The notes beneath the pieces are model-generated. The model was not told the DNA's origin. It ran no database searches and was given only the letters and a program-made list of their open reading frames with translations. From Verrucomicrobiota bacterium (GTDB taxonomy: Bacteria > Verrucomicrobiota > Verrucomicrobiia > Limisphaerales > AAA164-E04): a DNA stretch of 64,000 nt. Of the stretch, positions 30,118 through 40,827 are shown piece after piece; within the stretch, counting starts at the first letter, position 1; each line of letters starts with the position of its first letter. Position numbers and translations under genes: made by a program. The stretch covers positions 5,152,001 through 5,216,000 of the forward strand of contig CP170459.1 in the NCBI GenBank assembly GCA_047947115.1. The letters are read 5' to 3'.

Positions 30118-31338
30118 CTAATCACCGACGAAGGCCTGGTGGGCTGCTTGCAGAGCTTCCTCTGCCTTGTCACTGCCGATGACCACGGAGATTTTGATTT
30201 CGCTGGTGGAGATCATCAGAATGTTTACCCCCGCTTCCGAAAGTACTTCGAACAGTTTCGCAGCCACGCCCGAGTGACTCCTCATGCCGACGCCCACGAC
30301 CGACAATTTGCAGATATTTTCGTCGTCCCGAAGGTTTTCAAATCCAATCTTTTCCTGCAAACCAGACAAGACCCGGCGCGCTTTGCTCAAATCGGTTTTC
30401 TCGACGGTGAAAGAAAGGTCGGTCGCACGTTTGCCGCTTTCGTGACTGACGTTCTGCACGATGACATCGACATTAACGGCGGCTTCACTGAGCGGTTTGA
30501 AGATGGAGGCGGCCACACCGGGATGGTCTGGAACAGCTTCCAGCGTTACCTTGGCCTGATTTTTGTCGAGCGACACGCCGCGCACGACCACATTTTCCAT
30601 GTCGGGAGTGGATTCTTTCACAATGGTTCCTGGATTATCGTTCAAACTCGATCTCACTTCAAAAACGACTCCAAATTTTTTGGCAAATTCAACGGATCGA
30701 GACTGCATCACCTTGGCGCCCGAACTGGCGAGTTCGAGCATTTCATCATAAGAGATGAGATCTATCTTTTTGGCATCTTTCACGATACGGGGATCGGCGG
30801 AATAAACGCCGTCCACGTCGGTGTAAATCTGGCACAAATCCGCCTTCAATGCGGCCGCCATCGCGATGGCCGTCAAATCGGATCCCCCACGCCCCAAGGT
30901 CGTGATCTGGCCTTCCGTAGTGCGCCCCTGAAATCCGGCAACGATAACCACATTCCCCTGATTCAACAGCTTGTGAACCTGTTCGGGTGTGATGTTTTTA
31001 ATCTTTGCCTTGGAATGGATGCCATCGGTCGTGATGCCTGCCTGTGCTCCGGTCAGGGATGCCGCCGGTATATCCAACGCATGCAACGCCATGGCGGTCA
31101 GGGCAATGGTCGTCTGCTCGCCGGTTGCCAGCAACATGTCCATTTCGCGCTCGGCAGGAATATCTGTCATCTCCTTTGCCAATCCGATCAGTTTATCGGT
31201 CACACCGCTCATGGCGGAAACGACCACAACAACCTGATCCCCTTTACGCCGGTAGGAGGCCACCCGTTCGGCGACCGCTTTGATGCGCTCGGGATTGGCG
31301 ACCGAAGTGCCGCCGTATTTCTGAACAATCAATGCCAT
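30118..31338 (-). CDS. lysC: Aspartate kinase
   Basis: VQKYGGTSV, VVSAM, TTLGRGGSD, two ACT domains. Confidence 0.97.
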   Translation of the reverse strand: MALIVQKYGGTSVANPERIKAVAERVASYRRKGDQVVVVVSAMSGVTDKLIGLAKEMTDIPAEREMDMLLATGEQTTIALTAMALHALDIPAASLTGAQAGITTDGIHSKAKIKNITPEQVHKLLNQGNVVIVAGFQGRTTEGQITTLGRGGSDLTAIAMAAALKADLCQIYTDVDGVYSADPRIVKDAKKIDLISYDEMLELASSGAKVMQSRSVEFAKKFGVVFEVRSSLNDNPGTIVKESTPDMENVVVRGVSLDKNQAKVTLEAVPDHPGVAASIFKPLSEAAVNVDVIVQNVSHESGKRATDLSFTVEKTDLSKARRVLSGLQEKIGFENLRDDENICKLSVVGVGMRSHSGVAAKLFEVLSEAGVNILMISTSEIKISVVIGSDKAEEALQAAHQAFVGD

Positions 31339-31356
31339 GCTTCCTTTTCTTCTCTA

Positions 31357-32445
31357 CTATAATCCGATCAACCTGGACACCGCCTGCAAATCCGGTTCAC
31401 ACACATCCGGTTGTTTTGCCGCACATTTGATGGCCCGGTCGGGATCTTTGAGTCCGTGTCCGGTCATGGTTGCCGTGATGACACTGCCTTCGGGAATTTT
31501 GTTCGCCTTGACGCACTTGATCAATCCGGCCAGAGGAGCGGCACTGGCCGGCTCCACGAAAACGCCTTCGGTGCGGGCGACCATTTGATACGCCTCGACA
31601 ATTTCTTCATCCGTCACCTTATCGATCCAGCCTTCAGAATCCTTGATCGCGGCATTGGCGGCTTCCCAACTGGCCGGGTTTCCAATGCGAATGGCGGTGG
31701 CCAGGGTTTCCGGCTTGTCGTAGGGGTGGCCGTCCACGATGGGCGCGGCACCCGCAGCCTGGTAACCGCACATTTTGGGGGTTTGTGAGGCGATCCCGGC
31801 AGCATGAAACTCCTGAAAACCTCTCCAGTAAGCGGTGATGTTTCCGGCGTTGCCGACGGGAAGAAAGTGAAAATCAGGGGCGCGACCCAATTGATCACAG
31901 ATCTCGAAAGAAGCTGTTTTCTGGCCTTCAATCCGGACAGGATTGATGCTGTTGACGACCTCCACCTTGCCCGTTTCGCCCAGCTCACGAACGATGCGGA
32001 GGGCGTCGTCAAAGTTGCCATTAATGGCGATGGTTTGAGCCCCATACATCAGGGCCTGAGCCAGTTTGCCCATGGCGATATTACCGTTGGGCAACAGCAC
32101 CACGCATTTAAGATTTGCCCTTGCCGCATAGGCAGCAGCGGAAGCGGAGGTGTTGCCGGTACTGGCACAGATCACGACTTCGGCCCCTTTTTCCTTGGCC
32201 TTGCTGATGGCCATGGTCATGCCCCGGTCCTTGAAGGAACAAGTCGGGTTCAAGCCCTCGTATTTCAGATAAAGATCAAACTCACCTCCAATGGCCCGGA
32301 CGAAGTTCTCGGCCTTGATCAAAGGCGTGTTGCCTTCATTCAGGGAGATCACCGGAGTGGTTTCACTGACCGGCAAGTAGGATGAATATTGCCGGATGAG
32401 TCCTTGCCAATAGGGTATGGATGGGTGTGCGGATGGCGTTTGCAT
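31357..32445 (-). CDS. thrC: Threonine synthase
   Basis: EGLNPTCSFKDRG (PLP lysine), CASTGNTSAS, PVGNAGN, TGHGLKD. Confidence 0.96.
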   Translation of the reverse strand: MQTPSAHPSIPYWQGLIRQYSSYLPVSETTPVISLNEGNTPLIKAENFVRAIGGEFDLYLKYEGLNPTCSFKDRGMTMAISKAKEKGAEVVICASTGNTSASAAAYAARANLKCVVLLPNGNIAMGKLAQALMYGAQTIAINGNFDDALRIVRELGETGKVEVVNSINPVRIEGQKTASFEICDQLGRAPDFHFLPVGNAGNITAYWRGFQEFHAAGIASQTPKMCGYQAAGAAPIVDGHPYDKPETLATAIRIGNPASWEAANAAIKDSEGWIDKVTDEEIVEAYQMVARTEGVFVEPASAAPLAGLIKCVKANKIPEGSVITATMTGHGLKDPDRAIKCAAKQPDVCEPDLQAVSRLIGL

Positions 32446-32449
32446 GCAA

Positions 32450-33766
32450 TTATTCTTCAAAATTCTCGACCCGGATGACCTTGGGTTGACCACGCACGAC
32501 TTTGAGTTTCCGGATTTGCTTCACGGCAGTCTCCATGGCACCAACCTTGGCATCATGCACCATCAAAATCAGGGGAACCATGTTTCCTTCATGGCCTTCC
32601 GGCTGGATGATGGATGAGATACCGATCTTGGCTTCAGCCAGGATGGCTGCGATCTGGGACATGGTACCAGGCCGGTCCACGACATTCAATCGCAGATAAA
32701 AAGGCGACACGGTTTCTTCCCAGGGAGAGACGGTACCGTCTTCCGCGTGCGGGCTGAAGGGTGGAATCCGGTTGTGAGTCTGGTGTTTCAGGTCCAATGC
32801 AGCATCGGCCAGATCACTGACCACCGCGCTGGCGGTCGCATCCTGGCCTGCCCCACGACCGTAATAAAGCGTTTCACCCACGATATCCCCTCCGATGTAA
32901 ACCGCATTGAAGACATCCTGCACTCCGGCCAGAACATGCCCCTTGGGCACCAAGGTGGGGCATACTGAAATCTGAACCGCATTGGAGGCCTTTGTTCCAG
33001 CCAGGGGTTTGATGCTAGCCAGCAACTTGATGCCGTAGCCAAGTTGATCGGCAAACTGAATATCCTGCTGAGAGATGTCCCGGATGCCCTCAACGTGGAT
33101 CTGCTCCGGCGGAATCCAAAAGCCATGAGCCAATGATCCCAGAATGCCTGCTTTGTGCATCGCATCGAAGCCATCCACATCGAGCGAAGGCTCTGCTTCG
33201 GCATACCCCAGGCGCTGGGCATCCTCCAACACACTTTGAAAATCACAACCCTCCCGTTTCATACGAGTGAGGATGTAGTTGCAGGTACCGTTCAGGATGC
33301 CGTAAATGTAAGGAAACTGGTTCCCAATGAGTCCTTCGCGAAGCACTTTGATGATGGGGATGCCACCCGCCACACTGGCTTCGTAATAGAGATTGGTGCC
33401 ATTCTGGTTGGCCAGCGAGAACAATTCCTCGCCATGTTCGGACAAGAGGGCTTTGTTGGCGGTCACCACGGGTTTTCCCTGAGACAAGGCGCGTTTGACA
33501 ATCTGACGGGCTATTTTAACCCCGCCGACCAGTTCCACGACCAGATCGGTCTTCGGATCGTCCACGACCGGTTTCCATTCGGTGGAGAGGTGTTTTCTGG
33601 CAATTTGGACGTTGCGCTTCTTTTTGAGGTCACGCACGACAACGTTGCGGACCGACAAGCCGATACCCAGACGAGAAGCGATCAGGCGACCGTTTCGTTT
33701 CAATGCCTGGTATACGCCGCCGCCGACCGTTCCTCCGCCGATGATTGCAACATTTATTTGTCCCAT
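32450..33766 (-). CDS. hom: Homoserine dehydrogenase with ACT domain
   Basis: GGGTVGGG, VVTANKA, EASVAGGIP, NGTCNYIL, GRGAG; start MGQINV. Confidence 0.96.
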   Translation of the reverse strand: MGQINVAIIGGGTVGGGVYQALKRNGRLIASRLGIGLSVRNVVVRDLKKKRNVQIARKHLSTEWKPVVDDPKTDLVVELVGGVKIARQIVKRALSQGKPVVTANKALLSEHGEELFSLANQNGTNLYYEASVAGGIPIIKVLREGLIGNQFPYIYGILNGTCNYILTRMKREGCDFQSVLEDAQRLGYAEAEPSLDVDGFDAMHKAGILGSLAHGFWIPPEQIHVEGIRDISQQDIQFADQLGYGIKLLASIKPLAGTKASNAVQISVCPTLVPKGHVLAGVQDVFNAVYIGGDIVGETLYYGRGAGQDATASAVVSDLADAALDLKHQTHNRIPPFSPHAEDGTVSPWEETVSPFYLRLNVVDRPGTMSQIAAILAEAKIGISSIIQPEGHEGNMVPLILMVHDAKVGAMETAVKQIRKLKVVRGQPKVIRVENFEE

Positions 33767-33918
33767 AAAAACAAAGGAAATGAAATTGCACGATTCCCAA
33801 TGCGCCGACAAATGCAAAATGCATAAAAATCGATCCAAAAGGGAAAAATCTTTATGAAATTCCATTTTCACATAGATTCCACTCCTTTCAATTGAGTGAA
33901 ATGGACCGGACCACACAC

Positions 33919-34656
33919 ATGAACCCATCAAACACACCTTCCGTTCTCCTGGGAAAACTGACTCGGAGAGAGTTCCGAAACAGGATGCAAAGCGGAGAAC
34001 TCAAAGCCTGCATCCTTCCCCTGGCAGCCATGGAACAACACCTGGAGCACATGGCCATGGAACACGACTGGCGCAGTGTCAACGTGATGGCAAACCTGAC
34101 CGCCGAACGATTATCCCCACGGGTGCTGGTTGCCGAAGGCCTGATGGCGGGCATCAGCGAACACCACATGACGCACCCTGGCACCCTGACTCTCAAGCCG
34201 GGCACTTTTTTGGCTGTGGTATCCGATTTGATCGAAAGCCTGGTGCGGGCAGGATTCAGAAACATCCTGGTCCTGAACGGACATGGCGGCAATGTCATCC
34301 CCTGCCAACAAACCTGGGACCAGTTTTTACGGTATTTCCAGATCAACCTGCATTTCATGTCCTATTGGGACGTGCTGACACAGCAAGACGCTGTGGAATT
34401 ACTCACCTCCGGTCATCGACTTCCAGATGACCTACCCGGCCATGCCCAGGAATTCGAAACATCGGTGGCGCTGAAATGGTTTCCGGAAAACGTCAGACAA
34501 GACGCTCTGTCGGATCAGGCAGACCCGACTCCGGCCACCGCAACACTGGAAAAAGGCGAGGCATTTACACAGAGGATTGTGGACCGCCTGGTGGATTACC
34601 TGAGAGACATGATCGAAGGCAAACGCGTTCAACCCGTCCCCCCGTTTCATCCGTGA
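33919..34656 (+). CDS. Creatininase/creatinine amidohydrolase family protein
   Basis: EQHLEH..D, SEHH..HPGTL, LNGHGGN, GHAQEFETS. Confidence 0.88.
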   Translation: MNPSNTPSVLLGKLTRREFRNRMQSGELKACILPLAAMEQHLEHMAMEHDWRSVNVMANLTAERLSPRVLVAEGLMAGISEHHMTHPGTLTLKPGTFLAVVSDLIESLVRAGFRNILVLNGHGGNVIPCQQTWDQFLRYFQINLHFMSYWDVLTQQDAVELLTSGHRLPDDLPGHAQEFETSVALKWFPENVRQDALSDQADPTPATATLEKGEAFTQRIVDRLVDYLRDMIEGKRVQPVPPFHP

Positions 34657-34663
34657 TGTTTCG

Positions 34664-35413
34664 TTAAGAATAAGACCACCCGCGATCAGCGAGGATTTCC
34701 TGACCAGTCAAAGCGCTACTTGCTTCCGAAGCCAGAAACAGGGCGACCTGAGCGATTTCAGCTGGTTGCAAGAGTTCCGGCATGCACTGGGCTTTTCGTA
34801 TCATCTTCTTGACCGAGGCATCCACGAATTGTTTGAGCTGACGCTCGGTCATGATCCAGCCGGGAGACAGAGTGTTCACCCGAACGCCTTTGGGACCTAA
34901 TTCCCGGGCCAATGACCTGGTAAAACCGATAATACCTCCCTTGGTGGAAACATAGGCGGTCATGGGAGTTGGCCCGATATGAAAGGTGATGCTGGCGAAA
35001 TTGACAATGGAAGCACCTTTCTTCAACCAGGGCAGCGCCGATTGCACGGTTAAAAAGTAAGCCCTCAGGTTTCGGGCAAACAAATCATCCCATTGCTTGC
35101 TCGTCATGGATTCAAATTCAATTCTCGGATCCGAAGCGGCATTGTTGATGACGACGTCGACCCTGCCTTCCTTCTCCCCCACCTGCTTTGCCCAGGATCG
35201 AATGGAGGTTTCACGCTCGAGATTCAACTTCCTGAACACCGCCTGCCCTTGGGTGGATTGAGCCAGTTTTCGACCGGCCTCTTCATCCAGATCACAAAAA
35301 TAAACCCTGGAGCCCTGTTGGGAGAACGACTCGACCATGGAAGCCCCGATCCCGTTGGCTCCCCCGGTGATCAGCACCACCTTGCCGGAAAGATCCTGAT
35401 AAACCGTGGCCAT
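34664..35413 (-). CDS. SDR oxidoreductase, D-xylose 1-dehydrogenase-like
   Basis: TGGANGIG, NNAASDPR, YVSTK, PGWIMTERQ. Confidence 0.82.
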   Translation of the reverse strand: MATVYQDLSGKVVLITGGANGIGASMVESFSQQGSRVYFCDLDEEAGRKLAQSTQGQAVFRKLNLERETSIRSWAKQVGEKEGRVDVVINNAASDPRIEFESMTSKQWDDLFARNLRAYFLTVQSALPWLKKGASIVNFASITFHIGPTPMTAYVSTKGGIIGFTRSLARELGPKGVRVNTLSPGWIMTERQLKQFVDASVKKMIRKAQCMPELLQPAEIAQVALFLASEASSALTGQEILADRGWSYS

Positions 35414-35419
35414 AAACCA

Positions 35420-36337
35420 TTATTCGTCGAGCCCGAAAATCGCGTGGGCAAATTCGCGGGCGACAAAGGGTTGAAGGTCATCGGGCTGTTCGCCGACACC
35501 GATGAATTTGACCGGTATTTTCAGTTCGTTCTGAATGGCAACCACCATGCCCGCTTTGCTGGTTCCGTCCAGCTTGGTGATCACCAGTCCGGTCAAGGGC
35601 ACTGCTTTGTTAAATTCCCGGGCCTGATTCAAGGCATTCATCCCGGTGGTGGCATCCAGAACAAGCAACGTCTCATGAGGGGCGCCTTCGAGTTTTTTAC
35701 CCATCACGCGGTGCACCTTTTGAAGTTCCTGCATCAAATTATGCTTGGTATGCAGACGTCCCGCCGTATCGATGAGCAGATAATCCGAGTTCTTGGAAAG
35801 AGCAGAAGAAACAGCGTCATGAGCCACGGCAGCCGGGTCGGCACCGTAATCCCCCATCGTCAAGGGCACATCAAGTCGCTCGCTCCAAACTTTCAACTGG
35901 TCAATGGCAGCCGCCCGAAAGGTGTCGCAAGCAGCCATGCCAACAGTTTTGCCTTGAAGTTTCAGTCGATTGGCCAACTTCGCACAGGTGGTGGTTTTGC
36001 CGGTTCCGTTGACACCCACCATGGAAATGACGGTCAGGTCGTCCCCTTGATCCAGCAAGGAAGGATCGCCGGAGGACAAAGCCCTTTCCACCTCATCGGC
36101 AGCCACTTTGACAAAATCGAATTCGCCTTTTCCCTTGGATTCATAGGCTTTGCGCGTAGCCTCGATGATCCTCAGGGTCATGGTCATGCCAAAATCGGCT
36201 GACAGCAGAGCCGCCTCCAATTCCTCAGCGCTGTCGGCCGTCAGTTTAGGAGACCGCGTGACTATACGCTTGATCTCGTGGACCAGTTTGTTCTGGGTTC
36301 TGCCCAGACGCTCCTTTAGTTTTTGAAAAAATCCCAT
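35420..36337 (-). CDS. ftsY: Signal recognition particle receptor FtsY
   Basis: GVNGTGKTT, DTFRAAA, DTAGR, TKLDG. Confidence 0.97.
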   Translation of the reverse strand: MGFFQKLKERLGRTQNKLVHEIKRIVTRSPKLTADSAEELEAALLSADFGMTMTLRIIEATRKAYESKGKGEFDFVKVAADEVERALSSGDPSLLDQGDDLTVISMVGVNGTGKTTTCAKLANRLKLQGKTVGMAACDTFRAAAIDQLKVWSERLDVPLTMGDYGADPAAVAHDAVSSALSKNSDYLLIDTAGRLHTKHNLMQELQKVHRVMGKKLEGAPHETLLVLDATTGMNALNQAREFNKAVPLTGLVITKLDGTSKAGMVVAIQNELKIPVKFIGVGEQPDDLQPFVAREFAHAIFGLDE

Positions 36338-36366
36338 CGTTTTGCTGATTGAATCGTCAACAGCGC

Positions 36367-37218
36367 TTAGATAACGCATGCAACGGCGGATTGTCCATGT
36401 TCTTTATTCCCGAGCGCTTCCGCAAACAACTCGAAACCGGCTTCCGGCAACATGGTTTTTCCCATGCGGGGTCCGCCTGAAATGAGACCGTGACAATCGG
36501 ATCCACCCGTCGCCACCAATCGGTGTTTGGTCGCAAAATACAGGTATTTCTTAACCAAACTGGGTTTGTGGGCGGTATGATAAACTTCCAGCCCATCGAG
36601 CCCCTGACTGGCCAAATCCACCACCGACTCATTGGACACCCCCAACCCTGGGTGAGCCAGTACCGCCATCCCATGATCGGCATGAACCGCCCGAATCATC
36701 TCGGAAGTGGAAGGATATTCGGATGCCACCCACCCGGGTTTGCCTTCACGCAGAAATTTGCGGAAGGCATGACTGACATGGCTGACCACCCCGTGCGCCA
36801 CCAACGCCCGCGCCACATGCGGTCTTCCCGGCGCATCACACTGGATTCCCGACAAAACCGCATCAGCATCCCAGTCAATACCATGTTCTGTGAGACGGCG
36901 CACCATCCGGTGCACTCGGTCTTGACGGCGTTTCTGGAAATCCCTTAGCTTTTCCTTCAGGGCATCCAATTCCGGGTGAAGAAAATATCCCAGAAGGTGC
37001 ACCTCTTCGCCCCGGTGTCTGGTTGACAACTCAATGCCTGGAATCCACCGAATCCCCTGCCGTGCACAGCACTGCTGCATTTCGGTCCAACCATCTGTCG
37101 TGTCGTGATCCGTGAGCGACAACGCGCGAAGCCCCAGTTCCGATGCACGCCGCACAATTTCCTCAGGCGAAAACGTACCATCCGAAAAATGGCTGTGCAA
37201 ATGGAGATCCGCTGACAT
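36367..37218 (-). CDS. PHP domain phosphoesterase (TrpH/YciV-like)
   Basis: DLHLHS..SDG, TDHD, GRPH, LAHP, GGSDCHG. Confidence 0.92.
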   Translation of the reverse strand: MSADLHLHSHFSDGTFSPEEIVRRASELGLRALSLTDHDTTDGWTEMQQCCARQGIRWIPGIELSTRHRGEEVHLLGYFLHPELDALKEKLRDFQKRRQDRVHRMVRRLTEHGIDWDADAVLSGIQCDAPGRPHVARALVAHGVVSHVSHAFRKFLREGKPGWVASEYPSTSEMIRAVHADHGMAVLAHPGLGVSNESVVDLASQGLDGLEVYHTAHKPSLVKKYLYFATKHRLVATGGSDCHGLISGGPRMGKTMLPEAGFELFAEALGNKEHGQSAVACVI

Positions 37219-37742
37219 TAAGGCGTGTCGGGCTTTTTGATCGGTGTGCGCGAAGGACGCAAAATGTCCTGACGCACACGATCGAGGATACCATTGACAA
37301 ATTTGCCGCTATCCTTGGTCGAAAATCGCTTCGCAATCTCGATGGCCTCGTTCAAGCTGACCACGGGCGGGATGTCCTCCCGGAAAAACAACTCATAAAC
37401 CGCCATGCGCAACACATTGCGATCCACGACAGCCATTCGTTTCATATCCCAGTTGCGGATGTACTTCTGCAATTTCAGATCCAGTTCCTCGCGATGCTCC
37501 AAAACCCCTCGAATCAATGCTTCTGCAAATACCCTCAAGGAGGCGTCACGCGTTGTTGGCGGAGGAAGTTCAATCTCTTTGCCCCAGGTTGCCTTGCCCC
37601 GTTCGTAATCCGATTCGGAAAGCCGATGTGTGTCCCAGAACTGGTTCAAGCTTTGAGCCAGCTCCATGCCGTCGCCCGGATTAAGATCATATTGAAACAG
37701 GAACTGAATCGCCCGTTCGCGCGCTTCTCTTCTTAAGCCCAT
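37218..37742 (-). CDS. nusB: Transcription antitermination factor NusB
   Basis: [31 protein letters not shown]. Confidence 0.96.
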   Translation of the reverse strand: MGLRREARERAIQFLFQYDLNPGDGMELAQSLNQFWDTHRLSESDYERGKATWGKEIELPPPTTRDASLRVFAEALIRGVLEHREELDLKLQKYIRNWDMKRMAVVDRNVLRMAVYELFFREDIPPVVSLNEAIEIAKRFSTKDSGKFVNGILDRVRQDILRPSRTPIKKPDTP

Positions 37743-37859
37743 GATATGTCAGGTTTCATGTTGTTACACTCCCACATCCCGTGATGAAGCACCAGACCAC
37801 CTGCTCTTGCCCGAGCTGGCAGAAAAATCCGATTCATCATGACTTGCGGGAGCCGGTCA

Positions 37860-39008
37860 CTAATACTTGGGCACAGAGGAATCAATTTCCTCAGACCAGG
37901 CGGTGATGCCACCTTTGACACTCTTGAGATGCTTGAAGCCCTGCTGACGCAGAAAGGCAAGCGCTTTCATGGAGCGCACACCCGCTTTGCAGTGGATGTA
38001 ATAGCTTTGGTTTGGGTCCAGATCGGTAAATTTCTCATGCAATGTACTCAGTGGCACCAGTGTCACATCTTTGACACGCGCAATCTGGTATTCGTCCTGC
38101 TCCCTAACATCGATCACTTTGATGTTGCGAGATGTATCTTCCAAAGCTTTCTTCATGTCCTGCACCGTGACCTCGTCGGGATGCGCACCCGGATCTTGGG
38201 GTTCATCCGGAATACCGCAAAATTGCTCGTAATCGATCAGTTCCGTGATACTCGGGTTGTCGCCACAGATGGGACACTTGGGATCGCGACGCAATTTGAG
38301 TTCGCGAAACTTCATGTCCAGCGCGTTGTAGGTCATCAGACGTCCGATCATTTTCTCACCGGCATCCAGGGCCAGTTTGATGATTTCAGTGGACTGAAGA
38401 CAACCGATCACACCGGGTAAAACACCCAAAACACCACCCTCGGCACAACTAGGAACCATACCAGGAGGAGGGGGTTCGGGATACAGACATCGATAGCAAG
38501 GCCCCCCCAAGTGAGGAGCGAATACGCTCAGTTGCCCTTCAAACCGGAAGATACTGCCGTAAACATTGGGTTTCTTCAGCAACACGCAGGCATCGTTGGT
38601 CAGGTAACGGGTCGGGAAATTATCGGTTCCATCCACCACAATGTCGTAATCCTTGATGATATCCAGAGCGTTCTCGCTGGAAAGCCGGGTGTTGTGGATG
38701 ACGACTTCGGTATTCGGATTGATCTCGGCGAGTGTTTCCTGGGCCGAAACTGCCTTGGGGCGATCCACATCCTTAGTGCCATGGATGATTTGGCGCTGGA
38801 GATTCGAAAAATCAACCCGATCAAAGTCCACAATTCCGATCTTGCCTATACCCGCGGCCGCCAGATACATGGCGATGGGAGACCCCAAGCCACCCGCGCC
38901 AATGCACAATACGGAAGAACCCTTGAGTTTCTTTTGCCCAGCCATCCCGACCTCAGGCAGGATGAGATGGCGCGAATAACGTCGTATTTCGTCGTTTGTC
39001 AATTGCAT
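37860..39008 (-). CDS. moeB: MoeB/MoeZ adenylyltransferase with rhodanese domain
   Basis: RYSRHL, GAGGLG, SNLQRQ, CYRC, SCAEGG, CPIC; C-terminal CKAGVRS. Confidence 0.95.
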   Translation of the reverse strand: MQLTNDEIRRYSRHLILPEVGMAGQKKLKGSSVLCIGAGGLGSPIAMYLAAAGIGKIGIVDFDRVDFSNLQRQIIHGTKDVDRPKAVSAQETLAEINPNTEVVIHNTRLSSENALDIIKDYDIVVDGTDNFPTRYLTNDACVLLKKPNVYGSIFRFEGQLSVFAPHLGGPCYRCLYPEPPPPGMVPSCAEGGVLGVLPGVIGCLQSTEIIKLALDAGEKMIGRLMTYNALDMKFRELKLRRDPKCPICGDNPSITELIDYEQFCGIPDEPQDPGAHPDEVTVQDMKKALEDTSRNIKVIDVREQDEYQIARVKDVTLVPLSTLHEKFTDLDPNQSYYIHCKAGVRSMKALAFLRQQGFKHLKSVKGGITAWSEEIDSSVPKY

Positions 39009-39174
39009 ATCGCCTTGTCAATCAGGCGGCCATCTTAACGCACATGTATGACAAATCAAGGGCGGCGCACAAAAAAGAATGACCAGATACCAAACCCGGG
39101 AGGCATGTCGAATGCTTTGCCCATGGATCACCAAGGTTTCTCCCAGGTTTAGTGCAACTCGTTGACGGAGCCGC

Positions 39175-39203
39175 TTGACTTGGAGTCAGGGCTTTCCTAG
39201 CCT
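39175..39203 (+). promoter_or_regulatory. Putative sigma-70 promoter of bamD (very short leader)
   Basis: TTGACT-N17-TAGCCT, 9 nt before the ATG. Confidence 0.5.
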
Positions 39204-39212
39204 CGCTGTTAC

Positions 39213-40253
39213 ATGAAGAAGAGATGGATCATAATGTGTCTCACCGCATTCCTAACCGCCGGCATCCCCTACCGTTGCCCTGCGCCCCTGATCTTCACCC
39301 CGGGTGAAGGCTGGAGCTACGAAACACCGGGAAGCGCCGGGGAGTGGATGCGCGACCGTGCGGAAGACCAGCTGAACGCCGCGCAGGAGTTTTATGATCA
39401 ACAAGATTACAAGACCGCGCTCAAAGCATCCAAACGCGTCATCCGCCAATGGCCATTCTCCGATTTTGCCCCAGATGCACAATATCTCGCCGGCCTCACG
39501 TATGAGGCCATGAATAACGATGAGAAAGCGTTTAAGGAATACCAAAGACTCCTGGACAGTTATCCGACTTCCAAACACTACGAGGAATCCCTGAACCGCC
39601 AGTTTGAGATCACCAACAAATACCTGGCTGGAAAACGTTTTCGACTCTGGGGACTGTTCCCGCTCTATCGCTCCATGAGCAAAACGACCACGATGTATGA
39701 AAACCTGATTGAAAACGGCCCGTTCAGCGAGATTGCTCCCGACGCCCAGATGAACATCGGCGCGGCCAAGGAAAAACAAAAGAAATTCGCCGAAGCGGTC
39801 AAGGCTTACGAAAAGGCCGCCGACAAATACCACAAACAACCCGGAGTGGTATCCAATGCGCTATACAAAGCAGGCATGGCCCTGCTTCAGGAAGCCCAAA
39901 CTGCGGAGTATGATCAAGGCGCAGCTTCCAAGGCGGTGGACGTTTTCACTGATTTCATCGCCTTGTTCCCGGATGACGAGCGTGTTGAGGACGCCAGAGG
40001 GCACATTGATGAACTGCGCATCGAACAAGCGCGCGGGAGTCTGATGGTCGCCCGTTTTTACGATAAAAAGGACGAGGTTGCCGGAGCACTGACTTATTAT
40101 AACGATGTGGTGGATATTCTGAATCGCCTGTTGAACAATCCCGACCACCCTTTTGCAGTGGAAGCACGCGAGCGCATCACGGAACTGAGAAAAGACACAC
40201 CGCAACCTGCTCAAACCGAATCCTCAGAAACAGCGGTCATTTCGCGTTCATGA
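39213..40253 (+). CDS. bamD: Outer membrane protein assembly factor BamD-like TPR protein
   Basis: TPR repeats, EYDQ, FIALFP, ARFY..A..YY; adjacent to lptE. Confidence 0.85.
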   Translation: MKKRWIIMCLTAFLTAGIPYRCPAPLIFTPGEGWSYETPGSAGEWMRDRAEDQLNAAQEFYDQQDYKTALKASKRVIRQWPFSDFAPDAQYLAGLTYEAMNNDEKAFKEYQRLLDSYPTSKHYEESLNRQFEITNKYLAGKRFRLWGLFPLYRSMSKTTTMYENLIENGPFSEIAPDAQMNIGAAKEKQKKFAEAVKAYEKAADKYHKQPGVVSNALYKAGMALLQEAQTAEYDQGAASKAVDVFTDFIALFPDDERVEDARGHIDELRIEQARGSLMVARFYDKKDEVAGALTYYNDVVDILNRLLNNPDHPFAVEARERITELRKDTPQPAQTESSETAVISRS

Positions 40254-40777
40254 ATTCCCCTCAGAAAAAACTGGGCTGGCTGAGTTTGTGCCTCCTTGCC
40301 TGCCTGCTGGCTTCCGGTTGCGCCGGATACCGGCTGGGGTCAACCGGTGGATTTCAAGCGGGCTCCCGATCCATTCAGATCACCCCCTTCCCAAACCAAA
40401 CCACCGAGCCCGGGTTGACCGAAGCCCTTTCCGCTGCCATACGCAAGGAAATCCAACGGGACGGAACACTCGCCCTGGAAACCCGTGATCGCGGTGACAT
40501 CCTTCTGCAGGGAACCATCCAAACCTATTTGCGAGACGGCGTCACATTACAACCACAAGACATCCTCACCGTCAGAGATTTTCAAGTGAGTGTCGCAGCA
40601 CAGGTCAAGGCCCTCGACCGCAATTCGGGAAAATGGATCCTGGATCGAAACGTCACCGGTCGCACTCTCGTCAGAGGCCAGACGGACCTGACCGAAGCTG
40701 AACGTATCGCCCTCCCTCTCCTGATGGAAGATCTGGCGCGGAATATCACCGACCTGCTTGTAAACGGTGAGTTTTAA
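40250..40777 (+). CDS. lptE: LPS assembly lipoprotein LptE family
   Basis: Lipobox ASGC-AGYRLG, FPNQT.EP, C-terminal LARNI. Confidence 0.85.
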   Translation: MNSPQKKLGWLSLCLLACLLASGCAGYRLGSTGGFQAGSRSIQITPFPNQTTEPGLTEALSAAIRKEIQRDGTLALETRDRGDILLQGTIQTYLRDGVTLQPQDILTVRDFQVSVAAQVKALDRNSGKWILDRNVTGRTLVRGQTDLTEAERIALPLLMEDLARNITDLLVNGEF

Positions 40778-40827
40778 AATGGTGAATAATGAATAATGAA
40801 TAATGAATGGTGAATGGTGAATGGTGA
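40778..40827. repeat. Heptamer tandem repeat
   Basis: AATGG-(TGAATAA)3-(TGAATGG)3-TGAA. Confidence 0.85.

Noticed and set aside
30055..31362. 435-aa plus-strand ORF
   Set aside because: Antisense shadow of lysC.
33919..34656. Mycofactocin peptidase MftE or a RiPP system
   Set aside because: Creatininase fold only; no precursor peptide or radical SAM genes nearby.
35093..36202. 369-aa plus-strand ORF
   Set aside because: Antisense shadow of ftsY and the SDR gene.
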